The notes under the pieces are model-generated. The model saw only the letters and a list, made by a program, of their open reading frames with translations. It did not search any database and had not been told where the DNA came from. The translations under genes were made by a program, and so were the position numbers. DNA of 64,000 nt, taken from NCBI GenBank assembly GCA_964447415.1, contig CAYUSN010000002.1:34512-98511 (forward strand). The letters are read 5' to 3'. Positions 1-10,927 of the stretch are shown in pieces. The DNA is from an uncultured Candidatus Saccharibacteria bacterium (lineage in GTDB: Bacteria > Patescibacteriota > Minisyncoccia > Phycocordibacterales > EsbW-18). Position 1 is the first letter of the stretch, and every line of letters begins with the position of its first letter.

Positions 1-826
1 CACGGCCGAGATCCTGCGCCAGACGGCGTACAATACGCTTATATTTGGCGATGGTTTCCACCATGTGCACCGGAATACGGATGGTGCGGCTCTGATCGGC
101 AATTGCACGGGTGACCGCCTGACGGATCCACCACGTTGCATACGTTGAGAATTTATACCCCTTTGTCCAGTCAAATTTTTCTACCGCTTTAAACAAACCG
201 ATGTTGCCTTCCTGAATCAGGTCCAAAAGCGTGAGGTTTGAACTTCGGTTTGCGTATTTCTTTGCGATAGACACCACGAGACGGAGGTTTGCGCGTGCAA
301 GAATATTTTTTGCCTCTTCGTCACCTTGTTCAATACGACGCGCGAGCTCTTTTTCCATCGCCGCGGAAATAAGGTCGTACTTTCCAATTTCGCGCAAGTA
401 CATCTGGATAGAATCAAACCGCGTGTCTTCCTTGTGATAGACACTCTTCTCCGCATCGTCCCCGAGTTCAAGCAACCCGCCCGATTCAATCACGTCCACA
501 CCTTCTGATTCAAGCCGGTCGTACACCTCTTCAAGCAGAAGCACATTGTCCTCAATGGTCGGCAGCTCTTTGAGGATTTCGTCATAGGTCACAAAACCGC
601 GCTCTTTTCCGCGCACATACAGTTTTTCGGCTTTTTCACGCATCGCGGAGTCCTTTCTCGACAGTTTTTTCTTCGGCGGAAGGACCACCTTGGCGGGTTT
701 CTTCGCCTTCGGTTTTACCGGTTTCTTTTTCGCCGTCTTTTTTGCGGACGGGGTTTTTTTATGCATCCGAACTGCGCGTTTTGCGGTCTTTTTCATTACT
801 TTTTTCTTCTTGGACGATTTTTTCAT
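1..826 (-). CDS. rpoD: RNA polymerase sigma-70 factor RpoD, partial (C-terminal region 4 lies beyond window start)
   Basis: Minus-strand frame from ATG at 824-826 gives a Lys-rich N-terminus (MKKSSKKKK...) then ...[36 protein letters not shown], the sigma-70 region 2.4/3.0 signature. The ORF runs off the window edge. Sits downstream of dnaG (classic dnaG-rpoD pair). Confidence 0.9.
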   Translation of the reverse strand, partial: MKKSSKKKKVMKKTAKRAVRMHKKTPSAKKTAKKKPVKPKAKKPAKVVLPPKKKLSRKDSAMREKAEKLYVRGKERGFVTYDEILKELPTIEDNVLLLEEVYDRLESEGVDVIESGGLLELGDDAEKSVYHKEDTRFDSIQMYLREIGKYDLISAAMEKELARRIEQGDEEAKNILARANLRLVVSIAKKYANRSSNLTLLDLIQEGNIGLFKAVEKFDWTKGYKFSTYATWWIRQAVTRAIADQSRTIRIPVHMVETIAKYKRIVRRLAQDLGR

Positions 827-857
827 ATGAATAAATATTTTTTAAAAATTTCAATGC

Positions 858-2582
858 TTATATGTGTGTATACTGAGCGCGCAGAAGCGACAGTTCCCGT
901 GAGATATCCTGACATTGTGAGAGCGCCTCGTTAATACGCGTTTCGTCCCCTGCCTGTTCAGCTTGCAAAAGCGCGGCGCGCGCATCCGCATACCGCTCCT
1001 TCAAAACTTCCTCGTGCAGAGAAAACAGCATTTCTGAAAGATGCACGGACGGTTCACCGAACTCCCCGATTGCTTTTTCAAGTTCAAACACCTCACGCTC
1101 GCTCTCGCGGGTATCTGTAAACGGATCCAGTCCGAGAATTGCAATCAGTTTTTTGCGGGCTGCAGCGGCCTCCATTTCGTCTTTTTGCGCACGGATAAAC
1201 GTCACGATGTGTTGTACTAATCTGGTTTTTCTGTCAGTAATATCCTTCTTTTCGTCCGTGACATCAGGGGACGCCCCGTGTACCGTAACATCAAAAGCGA
1301 CATGTGCCGCCTCCTCTTCAACGGTTGCGTCGTCAATGCCGAGACGCTGCGCAATCACACCTACAAAATGTTTCCGGTCGATTCTGTTGCCAATAAGAGA
1401 GAGGAACGGCAACACGTCATTACGGACATGTTTTTTAAATGCCCGTGCGTCCCCGCCGTTTTTTCGTGCATGTACGTCAAGTAAAAACTCAATCACATGG
1501 GTCGCGCCGCGGATCGCCGATTTCCACACCTCAAGGTCTTCCTGAATAACATCCGCAGGATCTTTACCTTCGGGGAATGCGGCGACCTTCACGTCCATAC
1601 CCGCTTCAAGCGCAACACGTGCGCTTTTAAGCGCTGAGGCGATTCCAGCGGCGTCGGAGTCAAGCGCGATAACAATATTGCTCGAAAGCCGATTCAGGCG
1701 TGTGATATGATCGACAGTCAACGCGGTGCCCTGCACCGCAACCGTATTCGTAAATCCCGCCTGGTGCGCCGCAAGCAGATCAAACGGTCCCTCGACTAAA
1801 ATTGAAAAATCATATTTTCGTATGTGCGATTTTGCACGGTCCAACCCGTAAAGCACGGAGCCTTTCTTAAACAGCGGTGTTTCGGGAGAATTAATGTATT
1901 TCGGCGTATCATCGCGCACATCGCCGAACGCGCGTCCGGCAAACGCAAGGACGCGTCCCGAGGTGTCAAAAATCGGCAGTATGATGCGGGAGCGGAACAC
2001 GTCGTAGTATCCGCTGCCCGCCTTCGGCTCCGCTGACTTTTTGATGAGCCCCGCCCGCTCAATCTCCTGCACCGTATACTTTTGCCCGAGCAGATAGTCA
2101 TGTACTGCGCGCCAGCTTCCCTTCTCGGGTCCCTCGATAAAGCCGATACGAAACGCGTGTATTGTTTTATCGGATACACCCCGTCCTGCAAGATATTGTT
2201 GCACCTCGTTTTTGTTTTTTAGCTGTGTTTCATAAAAAGAAGCGGCTTTTTCCAGAAGTGCGTACAGGCGGACATTTTTTTCAGCGTCTCCGTAAGAAAC
2301 ATTTTTTAACTCAACTCCGGCGCGCTCGGCAAGCACTTTCAATGCGCCTGAGAAATCCAACCCCTCAAACTGTTCGACAAACGTAAAAATATCGCCGGAT
2401 GCGCCGCACCCGAAACAGTAATATGAGTCACGTTCCGGAGACACAAAAAACGAAGGGGTTTTTTCGTGGTGGAACGGACACCTTGCCTTGAAGTTCTTCC
2501 CCGCCTTTTCAAGCTTGATATACGAGGATAGCACGTCGGCAACGCCGAGCTTTTCTTTTATGAGCTGTGTGGTTTGTGACAT
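858..2582 (-). CDS. dnaG: DNA primase DnaG
   Basis: 574 aa with CHC2 zinc-finger motif CPFHHEKTPSFFVSPERDSYYCFGCGASGD and a TOPRIM region (ILVEGPFD...ALDSDAAG). Confidence 0.95.
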   Translation of the reverse strand: MSQTTQLIKEKLGVADVLSSYIKLEKAGKNFKARCPFHHEKTPSFFVSPERDSYYCFGCGASGDIFTFVEQFEGLDFSGALKVLAERAGVELKNVSYGDAEKNVRLYALLEKAASFYETQLKNKNEVQQYLAGRGVSDKTIHAFRIGFIEGPEKGSWRAVHDYLLGQKYTVQEIERAGLIKKSAEPKAGSGYYDVFRSRIILPIFDTSGRVLAFAGRAFGDVRDDTPKYINSPETPLFKKGSVLYGLDRAKSHIRKYDFSILVEGPFDLLAAHQAGFTNTVAVQGTALTVDHITRLNRLSSNIVIALDSDAAGIASALKSARVALEAGMDVKVAAFPEGKDPADVIQEDLEVWKSAIRGATHVIEFLLDVHARKNGGDARAFKKHVRNDVLPFLSLIGNRIDRKHFVGVIAQRLGIDDATVEEEAAHVAFDVTVHGASPDVTDEKKDITDRKTRLVQHIVTFIRAQKDEMEAAAARKKLIAILGLDPFTDTRESEREVFELEKAIGEFGEPSVHLSEMLFSLHEEVLKERYADARAALLQAEQAGDETRINEALSQCQDISRELSLLRAQYTHI

Positions 2583-2609
2583 GCGATGCGCCGAAGGGAC
2601 GTCGCGTGT

Positions 2610-5600
2610 TTATTCGTAGTCCGGCTCGTCTCCTTCACTCTCAAGCTGCTGCTGCAGCTCTTTAATCATTTCCCACTTGGGGCTGCCAGGAAAGCCGGTT
2701 CCCGAAGGAATCAAACGGCCTATGATGACATTTTCCTTAAGTCCCCGCAGGTCGTCTTGCTTACCGCGGACGGCTGCGTCAATAAGGACTTTGGTGGTGT
2801 GTTGGAAAGACGCCGCGGAGAGGAATGACGCACGTGAGAGTGCGACATTGGCGATACCGAGAATAAGCGGAATTACCTTTGTTTCTTTTTTGTCCGCACC
2901 TTTTGCTTTCTCGTTTGCCTCTTTAACCTCAAACATTTCCATAATGGCGCCGCGGTGCAGCTCGGTGTCCCCCGGATCCTTTACCTGTACGCGCGAGAAC
3001 ATCTGTTTGATGATAACTTCAATGTGCTTGCGGGATACTGATGCCCCCTGCAGTTCATAAATCTTACTGATTTCATCAATGATGTATTCCTGTGTTTTTT
3101 CGCGGCCGGCGTGTTTGAACAACTCCGAGAGATCCGCAGATCCGTCGGTCAGAAGCTGTCCTTTTTCAACATGATCACCGACTTTTACCAGCGGCGTGCG
3201 GCGATATGCGGCGGCAAATTCTGCCGCCTTACCATTGCTCTTCCGGTCTTCAACATCGGGAATAATTTTAATGATTTTTTCCTGGTTTTGTTCGATAATC
3301 TCAGACACCGTTCCCGCAACATCCGTAATGATTGCGGGGTTCTTGGGAGGTCGGCGTTCAAAAATCTCCTGCACGCGCGGCAGACCGGCAACGATGTCTC
3401 CGGATGCCGAAGCAGTACCTCCGGCGTAGAAGGTGCGCATAGTCAACTGTGTCGCAGGTTCTCCGATTGATTGAGCGGCGACGGTACCGACAGACTCACC
3501 TAAATCAACAGGGTTACCGGTGGCTAGGTCTTGTCCGTAACACTTCTGACAGATACCGCGTGATGTCTCGCACGTCATAGAACTGCGTACCCACGCCTCC
3601 GTCACACCTTTCGCCTCCATATCGCGCGCCATCGCATCCGTTACAAACTCACCTTTCTTATGAAGCACCGCATCACTCTTGTCTTTCACATCTTTTGCGA
3701 GAAACCGTCCGATGACGTTCTTTGCAAGCGGAACATCGATACCTGCGAGATTTTGTGCGTACACGCGGATACCTTCTTTGGTACCACAATCGTCCTCTGT
3801 GATGACGACATCTTGCGCCACATCAAAGAGTTTACGTGTCAGATATCCTGACTGTGCGGTGTTCAGTGCAGTGTCTCCGAGACCCTTACGGGCACCGTTG
3901 GTTGTAATAAAATATTCAATTGGCGAGAGACCTTCCTTACTGGAAGACAGAATCGGAAAGTCGATGACACGTCCTTGTGAGCCGGCAATAAGCCCTTTGA
4001 TGCCCGACATGTTCGTAATCTGCCCTATGTTGCCGCGGGCACCAGATTTCCACATCGTGTACACGTGACCGTTTTGATCCAGGCTTTCGGCAACCGCCTT
4101 CTCCATCTTACCGCGCACCCCGTGCCATACTTCAATATCTTTACGGAACCGTTCTTCTTCGGAGAGCAAACCCTCTTCATACTGGTTGCGGTTCTGTTCA
4201 GTGATTTTCTGCCCTTCTTCAATGATTTCTTGTTTACCTCTCGGTGTCGGCACGTCCTGAAGCGCAAACGTCGTTCCGGATACCGTGGCGCTCGTAAATC
4301 CGAAGTGTTTGATCTTGTCGAGAATCTCGACGATTTTTTCTTTCGGATACTTTTCAATCAGTGTGTGCACGAGCTCCGCCATTTCTTTTTTGGTAATCTC
4401 TTTGTTGATGTACGTATAGTCATTCGGGAGTGCGGTGTTAAAGAGAAGACGCCCAACAGACGTTTCAAACGGCTTTCCGTCGAAAATCTTGTACCGCTCA
4501 CTGTCGGTCGGGCGCACGAAAATTTTTGCACGGGGTGACAAAACGCGGAAGTCGTATGCGAGAATAGCGTCGTTTGGAGACGCATACGCGTTTCCTTCCC
4601 CTTTTTCTCCGGGTATGATACGCGTCATCCAGTAGGAACCCAACACGATATCCTGGTGACCGAGAGAGACTATCGGCGTGCCTGATCCGGGCTTCAAGAT
4701 GTTCTTGCCGGAGGACATAATCTCCTTGGCTTCAAGTTGTGCCTCTTCTGAGAGCGGCACGTGCACGGCCATTTGGTCTCCGTCGAAGTCGGCATTGTAT
4801 GCCTGCACGACGAGCGGGTGAATCTGAATTGCCTGACCTTCAATGAGAATCGGACGGAATGCCTGAATACCGAGACGGTGCAGGGTCGGTGCACGGTTCA
4901 GGAGCACGTATTTGCCGGCAATCACTTCTTCAAGAATACCCCATACCTCCGGTCCCATGTCATCAACAAGACGTCCTGCACCGCGGATGTTATACGCATA
5001 GCCGCGCGCAATCAGTTTTGAAATAACAAACGGACGGAACAGTTCAAGCGCCATATGCTTCGGCAATCCGCATTCATCGAGTTTCAAGGTCGGTCCGACA
5101 ACGATAACAGAGCGTCCCGAGTAGTCTACACGCTTTCCGAGCAAGTTCTGGCGGAAAATACCCTGCTTTCCTTTGAGGTTGTCAGAGAGCGATTTGAGCG
5201 GCCGACGTTGCGCTTGGCTGACCGCAGCGCCTCCGGAAGGATGGCGCATCGAGTTGTCGATGAGCGCGTCAACCGCCTCCTGCAGAATACGCTTTTCATT
5301 ACGTAAAATGACGTTTGGCGCCTTAATTTCGATGAGTTTTTTGAGTCGGTTGTTGCGGTTTATGACGCGACGGTACAGGTCGTTGAGGTCGGATGTTGCG
5401 TGCCGTCCGCCGTCGAGTGCCACCATCGGACGAAGCGCCGCCGGAATAACCGGAATGTTCGTCAACATCATCCATTCAGGACGAATCTTTGATTTCTGCA
5501 TTGCCCGGGCGAGTGCGAGTCGTTTTCGGAGTTTTTTCTTTTCTTCCGCACCAACATCGTCGATACGAGACTCAATATCTTTTGCGATTTCACCTAAATC

Positions 5601-6287
5601 AATTTCGGAAAGAAGATCGTGGATGGTTTCCGCACCGATACCCGCGTCGAAAATCGCCCCGTATTTGAGCATAAACTTCGCGTAGGCAGCTTCATCGAGT
5701 ACGAGATATTTCTGAATTGATGTAATCTCCCGCTTTGTTGCAAGAAATACTTCTTTCAACTTTTCTCGCGATTTGTCGTCTTTGAGCGCCTTCGTTTTTG
5801 ATTTGTACTCAGTTTCGAGTTCTTTGAGCAGTTTGGTCCGCTCCTCCTCAAACACCTTCGTGACGATGTAGCCCGCAAAATAAATAACTTTTTCGAGATC
5901 TTGCCCCGTGATGTTGAGAATCAGTCCGATGCGCGACGGCACGTTGCGGACAAACCAGATGTGCGCCACGGGTGTTGCAAGCGTAAGGTGTCCCATGCGC
6001 TCGCGACGGACAATTGAGCGGGTGATTTCAACCCCGCACTTTTCGCAGACGATTCCTTTGTAACGGATGCCTTTGTATTTACCGCAGTAACATTCAAAAT
6101 CACGCTCAGGTCCGAAAATCCGCTCGTCAAACAGTCCGTTCTTCTCGCTGCGCTGTGTACGGTAGTTGATGGTTTCCGGTTTCGTGACCTCGCCGTGCGA
6201 CCATTCCAAAATCTTCTCCGGGCTGGCAATTTTTATACCGACCGTCGAGAACGTCTCCATGATGTCTTGGTGTGTGTGTCTACGCAT
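2610..6287 (-). CDS. rpoC: DNA-directed RNA polymerase subunit beta prime RpoC
   Basis: 1225 aa. Catalytic NADFDGDQMAVHVPLS motif and the N-terminal zinc-binding CYCGKYKG...CEKCGVEIT. Confidence 0.97.
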   Translation of the reverse strand: MRRHTHQDIMETFSTVGIKIASPEKILEWSHGEVTKPETINYRTQRSEKNGLFDERIFGPERDFECYCGKYKGIRYKGIVCEKCGVEITRSIVRRERMGHLTLATPVAHIWFVRNVPSRIGLILNITGQDLEKVIYFAGYIVTKVFEEERTKLLKELETEYKSKTKALKDDKSREKLKEVFLATKREITSIQKYLVLDEAAYAKFMLKYGAIFDAGIGAETIHDLLSEIDLGEIAKDIESRIDDVGAEEKKKLRKRLALARAMQKSKIRPEWMMLTNIPVIPAALRPMVALDGGRHATSDLNDLYRRVINRNNRLKKLIEIKAPNVILRNEKRILQEAVDALIDNSMRHPSGGAAVSQAQRRPLKSLSDNLKGKQGIFRQNLLGKRVDYSGRSVIVVGPTLKLDECGLPKHMALELFRPFVISKLIARGYAYNIRGAGRLVDDMGPEVWGILEEVIAGKYVLLNRAPTLHRLGIQAFRPILIEGQAIQIHPLVVQAYNADFDGDQMAVHVPLSEEAQLEAKEIMSSGKNILKPGSGTPIVSLGHQDIVLGSYWMTRIIPGEKGEGNAYASPNDAILAYDFRVLSPRAKIFVRPTDSERYKIFDGKPFETSVGRLLFNTALPNDYTYINKEITKKEMAELVHTLIEKYPKEKIVEILDKIKHFGFTSATVSGTTFALQDVPTPRGKQEIIEEGQKITEQNRNQYEEGLLSEEERFRKDIEVWHGVRGKMEKAVAESLDQNGHVYTMWKSGARGNIGQITNMSGIKGLIAGSQGRVIDFPILSSSKEGLSPIEYFITTNGARKGLGDTALNTAQSGYLTRKLFDVAQDVVITEDDCGTKEGIRVYAQNLAGIDVPLAKNVIGRFLAKDVKDKSDAVLHKKGEFVTDAMARDMEAKGVTEAWVRSSMTCETSRGICQKCYGQDLATGNPVDLGESVGTVAAQSIGEPATQLTMRTFYAGGTASASGDIVAGLPRVQEIFERRPPKNPAIITDVAGTVSEIIEQNQEKIIKIIPDVEDRKSNGKAAEFAAAYRRTPLVKVGDHVEKGQLLTDGSADLSELFKHAGREKTQEYIIDEISKIYELQGASVSRKHIEVIIKQMFSRVQVKDPGDTELHRGAIMEMFEVKEANEKAKGADKKETKVIPLILGIANVALSRASFLSAASFQHTTKVLIDAAVRGKQDDLRGLKENVIIGRLIPSGTGFPGSPKWEMIKELQQQLESEGDEPDYE

Positions 6288-6298
6288 AGAATGTGTGA

Positions 6299-9200
6299 TT
6301 ATCGGGAACCGTCCTCATCGTGTAATGAAACGTCAAGCGCCAAGCCCCGCAGATAATGCAGGAGCACGGAGAATGATGCCGGGGTATTCGGCTTTGAAAT
6401 ACGCGCGCCGCGGACAATCGAGTCGAATGCGGCAGAACGCCCCATAATGTCGTCTGATTTGATGGTGAGCATTTCGCGAAGCGTGTACGCCACGCCGTAT
6501 CCCAGAAGCGCCCAGACTTCCATTTCTCCGAAACGCTGACCTCCTCCCTGTGCGCGACCGCCGAGCGGCTGCTGGGTGATAAGCGAGTACGGACCGATTG
6601 AGCGCATGTGGAGCTTGTCTTCCACCATGTGTTCGAGCTTGAGGATGTACATGTATCCGACGGAGATGTCGTTTTCAAATGACTCACCCGTACGGCCGTC
6701 GTAAAGCTTCATCTTTCCTGTGTCAGAGAATCCCGCTTTCTTGAGTTCCTCCTTGATTTCTTCATGCGTCGCACCCGAGAATGCGGGGACCACCGCTTGA
6801 TAGTTGAGTGTGTGTGCGGCAAGCCCCAGGTGCAGTTCAAGAATTTGTCCGAGGTTCATGCGTGACGGCACACCCAGCGGTGTGAGCACCACATCAACCG
6901 GCGTTCCGTCTTCCATGCGCGGCATGTCTTCAAGCGCCACAACGCGCGAAATCACACCCTTGTTTCCATATCGTCCCGCGACTTTGTCACCGACGGAAAT
7001 ATTGCGAAGCTGCGCCACTTCTATATAGATTTTTTTGATGATACCCGACTCCATCTGGTCGCCTCGTTCGCGTGAAAACACACGAACACTAATGATGCGC
7101 CCGCGCTTGCCTCCTTCCATGCGCAAACTTGTGTCTTTCACGTCTCGCGCCTTGTCCCCGAAAATGGAGCGCAGGAGACGCTCTTCAGGGGTGAGCTGTG
7201 ACTCGCCTTTCGGTGTAATTTTACCGACAAGAATATCACCCGGCTGCACCTCAGAACCAATGCGGATGACACCCTCCTCGTCGAGATTACGAAGTTTGTT
7301 TTCTCCGACGTTCGGAATGTCGTTGGTGGTCACTTCAGGACCAAGCTTCGTGTCGCGTACGTTGACCGAAAACTCTTCGATGTGCACCGAGGTGAGTACC
7401 GAGTCGCGTACGAGCCGTTCCGATATGATGACCGCATCCTCAAAGTTGTTTCCCGACCACGGCATAAACGCCACGAGCAGGTTTTGTCCGAGCGCAATTT
7501 GTCCCTGATCTGATGTTGAGGTGTCGGCGAGCAGTTCTCCGCGCTTTACATGTTGTCCCAGTGAAACCGCGGGGCGCTGGTGAAAAGCGGTGAAGCCGTT
7601 CGTGCGGGAAAAATTAACGAGCGAGTACTCATCATTCTTTCCCTTGCTGTTTTTAACGAGAATTTTCCGTGCATCAACATATGTAACCTCACCTGCTTCT
7701 TTTGCGTACACAAGCCGTCCTGAGTCGCGAGCGGCGCGCTCTTCAATACCGGTTGCCACGAGCGGCGCAGAAGGCCGGACCGTCGGTACCGCCTGCTTCT
7801 GCATGTTGGAACCCATGAGCGCACGGTTTGCTTCGTTGTGGTTGAGAAACGGAATAAGCGATGTGGCAATGGAATATGCTTGATTGGTTGCCACGTCGAT
7901 ATAATCGACCTCTTTCGGTGTGATTGTTTCCGGTCGTCCGTTGATGCGCACTTCCACGCGTTCCGTTGTCAGTTTCCCGTTTTCATCACGGTCAGTTGCC
8001 GCGTGTGCAATTTTGTAATTGCGTTCATCTTGTGCGTTGAGGTATACAATTTCTCCTGTCACGATACCGTTTTCAACCTTGACGTACGGTGTTTCGATAA
8101 TACCGAAATCGTTTACGCGCGCGTGCGTCGCAAGGTGCAGAATAAGTCCGATGTTCGGACCCTCAGGTGTATGAATCGGGCAGAGGCGCCCATAGTGCGA
8201 GTTGTGCACGTCACGAACCTCAAATCCCGCGCGTTCACGTGTGAGTCCTCCGGGACCCAGTGCCGAGAGAATACGCAGGTGCTCGATTTCCGAGAGAATG
8301 TTTTCCTGCGCCATAAACTGCGAAAGTTGGTTCGTGCTGTAAAACTCACGAATTTGCGCCTGCAACGGACGCGGGTTTACAATCTGCATCGGCAATGTCG
8401 TTTCCGCTTCAATAATAGACATACGGTCTTGGATATTGCGTTTCATACGCGCAAATCCAACGCGCATTTTTTGCTGAAGCATTTCTCCGACAAAACGAAC
8501 GCGACGCGATGCGAGATCGTCCACGTCATCGGCTTGTGAGTCCGGCGTATCATTGAGTTGCGCAATGTGTGTGATAATCGTCACCAGATCATCAAGTGAA
8601 AGCACTCGTACGGACAGTGATTTTTTATCAAGTGATTTTCCGAAACGCTGATTGAACCGGAATCGTCCGACCTCAGAAAGATCGTACCGTTCGATATCAA
8701 AAATTGACACGACGAAGTCCCGGGCATTTTCCGCGGTTGCGTGTTCACCGTCGCGAAGTTTCCGGTGAATTTCTATGTATGAGTCGTCCTGAGTCTGCGC
8801 GGTGTCGTGCGCAAGTGTTTTTTCGATATAGGCGAGCGCACCTGTGTTTCCGGCGAACAACGCCTTAATTTCATCGTGTGTTTTTGCTCCAAAAATACGA
8901 AGTAAGTGGGTGATGGGAAACTTCCTTTTTCGATCGATGCGTACCTGCAGAGTTTTGTTCGGCTCAGTTTCAATTTCAATCCATGCGCCGCGCGACGGAA
9001 TAATTTTTGCACCGAAGTATTCTTTGCCGCGGAATTCCTGAGACGTGAACAGTACGCCGAACGAGCGGATGAGCTGCGCAACAATAACACGTTCCACGCC
9101 GTTGATGATAAACGTACCGTGCTCTGTCTGAACGGGAAAATCGGAGAGAAAAATTTCCTGTTCTTTTTCTGTTCCGAGCGTTTTGTTGATGAGTTTTGCG

Positions 9201-9565
9201 GTAATTTTCAGCTGCACTTCATGGCTGAGCTTGTTTTCTTTGGCAAAATGCTCACCATGCACCACCTCAGTGAACACCGGATCGCTTAGGTGAAGTTCAA
9301 ACTTCTTGCCGGAATAGTCGGAGATAGGGGAAAACTCTTTCAGGAGCTCTTTAACTCCTTTTTCCATCAGCCAGCGGAACGATGCCGTCTGCGCCTCGGT
9401 GAGATTGGGTGGCTCGGCAAGCGGCTTGTGGTACTTCGAGAATACTTTCTGTTTCAACATAGGTGCGGAGACTAAGTGAGACGAGACAGAATAATGAGTG
9501 CACTGACGAGAGCGCACGAAACTGCGACCTTTTGTAAAGGCGGTTCCGTCACACAAAAGAAACAA
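6299..9565 (-). CDS. rpoB: DNA-directed RNA polymerase subunit beta RpoB
   Basis: 1088 aa with conserved beta-subunit blocks (GRYGNKGVISRV, SIGPYSLITQQPLGG, EVWALLGYG). 11 nt upstream of rpoC. Confidence 0.97.
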   Translation of the reverse strand: MFLLCDGTAFTKGRSFVRSRQCTHYSVSSHLVSAPMLKQKVFSKYHKPLAEPPNLTEAQTASFRWLMEKGVKELLKEFSPISDYSGKKFELHLSDPVFTEVVHGEHFAKENKLSHEVQLKITAKLINKTLGTEKEQEIFLSDFPVQTEHGTFIINGVERVIVAQLIRSFGVLFTSQEFRGKEYFGAKIIPSRGAWIEIETEPNKTLQVRIDRKRKFPITHLLRIFGAKTHDEIKALFAGNTGALAYIEKTLAHDTAQTQDDSYIEIHRKLRDGEHATAENARDFVVSIFDIERYDLSEVGRFRFNQRFGKSLDKKSLSVRVLSLDDLVTIITHIAQLNDTPDSQADDVDDLASRRVRFVGEMLQQKMRVGFARMKRNIQDRMSIIEAETTLPMQIVNPRPLQAQIREFYSTNQLSQFMAQENILSEIEHLRILSALGPGGLTRERAGFEVRDVHNSHYGRLCPIHTPEGPNIGLILHLATHARVNDFGIIETPYVKVENGIVTGEIVYLNAQDERNYKIAHAATDRDENGKLTTERVEVRINGRPETITPKEVDYIDVATNQAYSIATSLIPFLNHNEANRALMGSNMQKQAVPTVRPSAPLVATGIEERAARDSGRLVYAKEAGEVTYVDARKILVKNSKGKNDEYSLVNFSRTNGFTAFHQRPAVSLGQHVKRGELLADTSTSDQGQIALGQNLLVAFMPWSGNNFEDAVIISERLVRDSVLTSVHIEEFSVNVRDTKLGPEVTTNDIPNVGENKLRNLDEEGVIRIGSEVQPGDILVGKITPKGESQLTPEERLLRSIFGDKARDVKDTSLRMEGGKRGRIISVRVFSRERGDQMESGIIKKIYIEVAQLRNISVGDKVAGRYGNKGVISRVVALEDMPRMEDGTPVDVVLTPLGVPSRMNLGQILELHLGLAAHTLNYQAVVPAFSGATHEEIKEELKKAGFSDTGKMKLYDGRTGESFENDISVGYMYILKLEHMVEDKLHMRSIGPYSLITQQPLGGRAQGGGQRFGEMEVWALLGYGVAYTLREMLTIKSDDIMGRSAAFDSIVRGARISKPNTPASFSVLLHYLRGLALDVSLHDEDGSR

Positions 9566-9670
9566 CTACCAGCTAGATGTTTCTAGCAAATTATTACGTT
9601 TTACCTCTATAAAAACCGAGAGTGCCGAAAAACTCACTCTACCCCCGTATTGAGAAGCAGTCTACATTAA

Positions 9671-9697
9671 AAAAACCTTGCGGTCAAGGTTTTTTTG
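9671..9697. terminator. Bidirectional rho-independent terminator between trmD and the rpoB upstream region
   Basis: AACCTTG-CGGT-CAAGGTT hairpin flanked by an A-run on the 5' side and a T-run on the 3' side, so it gives a U-tail in either orientation. Lies 16 nt after the trmD stop. Confidence 0.6.
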
Positions 9698-9712
9698 TTG
9701 TCTGTGGATAAC

Positions 9713-10375
9713 TTATCTGTTGTGCGTATCTTTTCTCCATTTGTCAATTTTTGCATGGTTTCCGGAACGCAAAACCGCAGGAACGGTGTGCCGCTTCCCT
9801 TTCCACACGAGTGTCTCCGGACGCGTATAGACGTCCTGCGACGCAATGCGGCATTCTTCCAGTGATTCGCGTGATCCCAGCACGCCGTTAATCTGACGGG
9901 CAACCGCATCAATAATGACAAGTGCGGGTATTTCCCCTCCGGTGAGCACATACGGACCGACGGACACTTCTTCCGCGTGCAAAATCTTTTGTACACGCGC
10001 ATCAATACCCTCATACCGTCCGGCAATCAGGATGATGTGTCCATATTTTTTTGCAAGCGTTTGTGCATACCGGTTGGTGAACTGTTTTCCGTGAGGAGAA
10101 AAAATAATAACCTTTGTCTTTTTTGTTTTGTGTTTCCGCATCGCAGCAGCAACACTTTTTAAAATGGGTTCGGCCTTCATCACCATACCCGGTCCGCCGC
10201 CGTACGGAATGTCGTCGGTTTTATGGTGCTTGTCCGACGCATGAGCGCGCGGGTTAAGAAATGACACGCGGAGTTTTTTTGACTGCTGCGCACGCTTCAA
10301 AATAGAGGCCTCACAATAAGGCTGCATGGTTTCCGGGAACGTCGAGATGACCGAAATAACGGTGGGTTGTGCCAT
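9713..10375 (-). CDS. trmD: tRNA (guanine37-N1)-methyltransferase TrmD
   Basis: RYEGIDARV...GPYVLTGGEIPALVIIDAVARQINGVLG matches the TrmD SPOUT knot. Start moved to the MAQPTVISVISTFPET methionine (ATG at 10373-10375) by homology; the ORF track extends 14 codons further upstream. Confidence 0.88.
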   Translation of the reverse strand: MAQPTVISVISTFPETMQPYCEASILKRAQQSKKLRVSFLNPRAHASDKHHKTDDIPYGGGPGMVMKAEPILKSVAAAMRKHKTKKTKVIIFSPHGKQFTNRYAQTLAKKYGHIILIAGRYEGIDARVQKILHAEEVSVGPYVLTGGEIPALVIIDAVARQINGVLGSRESLEECRIASQDVYTRPETLVWKGKRHTVPAVLRSGNHAKIDKWRKDTHNR

Positions 10376-10457
10376 AGCACCCAGATAGTACACAAGAAAC
10401 GGCGTACAACAAAACACACCAGGGCTCGTTGCGGAGCCCTGATGTGTTTTGTATGTT

Positions 10458-10775
10458 TTATTCTTCTTTCAACGCTGCCATCGCGTCATCAACATTTGCC
10501 GCGGCAGTCATGCGGGTTGAACCGTCCGGTTCAAGAATTTTCAAATTCACACGGGCATTGTTCTTCATGCCGACAACACGCAACAGTGTGCGAATCGCCT
10601 TCGCGGTATTGCCGGATCGCCCGACAACCGTTCCCATGTCTTTTTGATTTACCTTCAGCGTGATGAGCACACCCATTTCATCGACGGTGCGCGTTACTTT
10701 CACATCTTCAGGAACCTCAACAAGCGCCTTAACAACACTTTCAAGAAAAACTGCGTCTTGATACTCGCTGTTCAT
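10458..10775 (-). CDS. KH-domain RNA-binding protein (KhpA/YlqC-like)
   Basis: 105 aa with a KH fold pattern (VLITLKVNQKDMGTVVGRSGNTAKAIRTLL). Sits at the conserved position between rpsP and trmD. Confidence 0.7.
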   Translation of the reverse strand: MNSEYQDAVFLESVVKALVEVPEDVKVTRTVDEMGVLITLKVNQKDMGTVVGRSGNTAKAIRTLLRVVGMKNNARVNLKILEPDGSTRMTAAANVDDAMAALKEE

Positions 10776-10927
10776 AATGTAGTACTACGATTTAGTAACT
10801 CGCCTCGTACGAAGCGCGACCGGGGTTCCTACACCCCTTGTCTTGCACCGGAGTATACGGCAGAAAAATAAAAATGTCCACCGCGCAACCGCGCTGTAGA
10901 CGTATCTATTTTTTGGTGGCCTGATAC

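Noticed and set aside
7838-8539. 233 aa plus-strand ORF, plus several other 70-160 aa ORFs, antisense to rpoB and rpoC
   Set aside because: They lie entirely inside and antisense to strongly supported rpoB/rpoC coding sequence, with no motifs. They are typical shadow ORFs of long genes.
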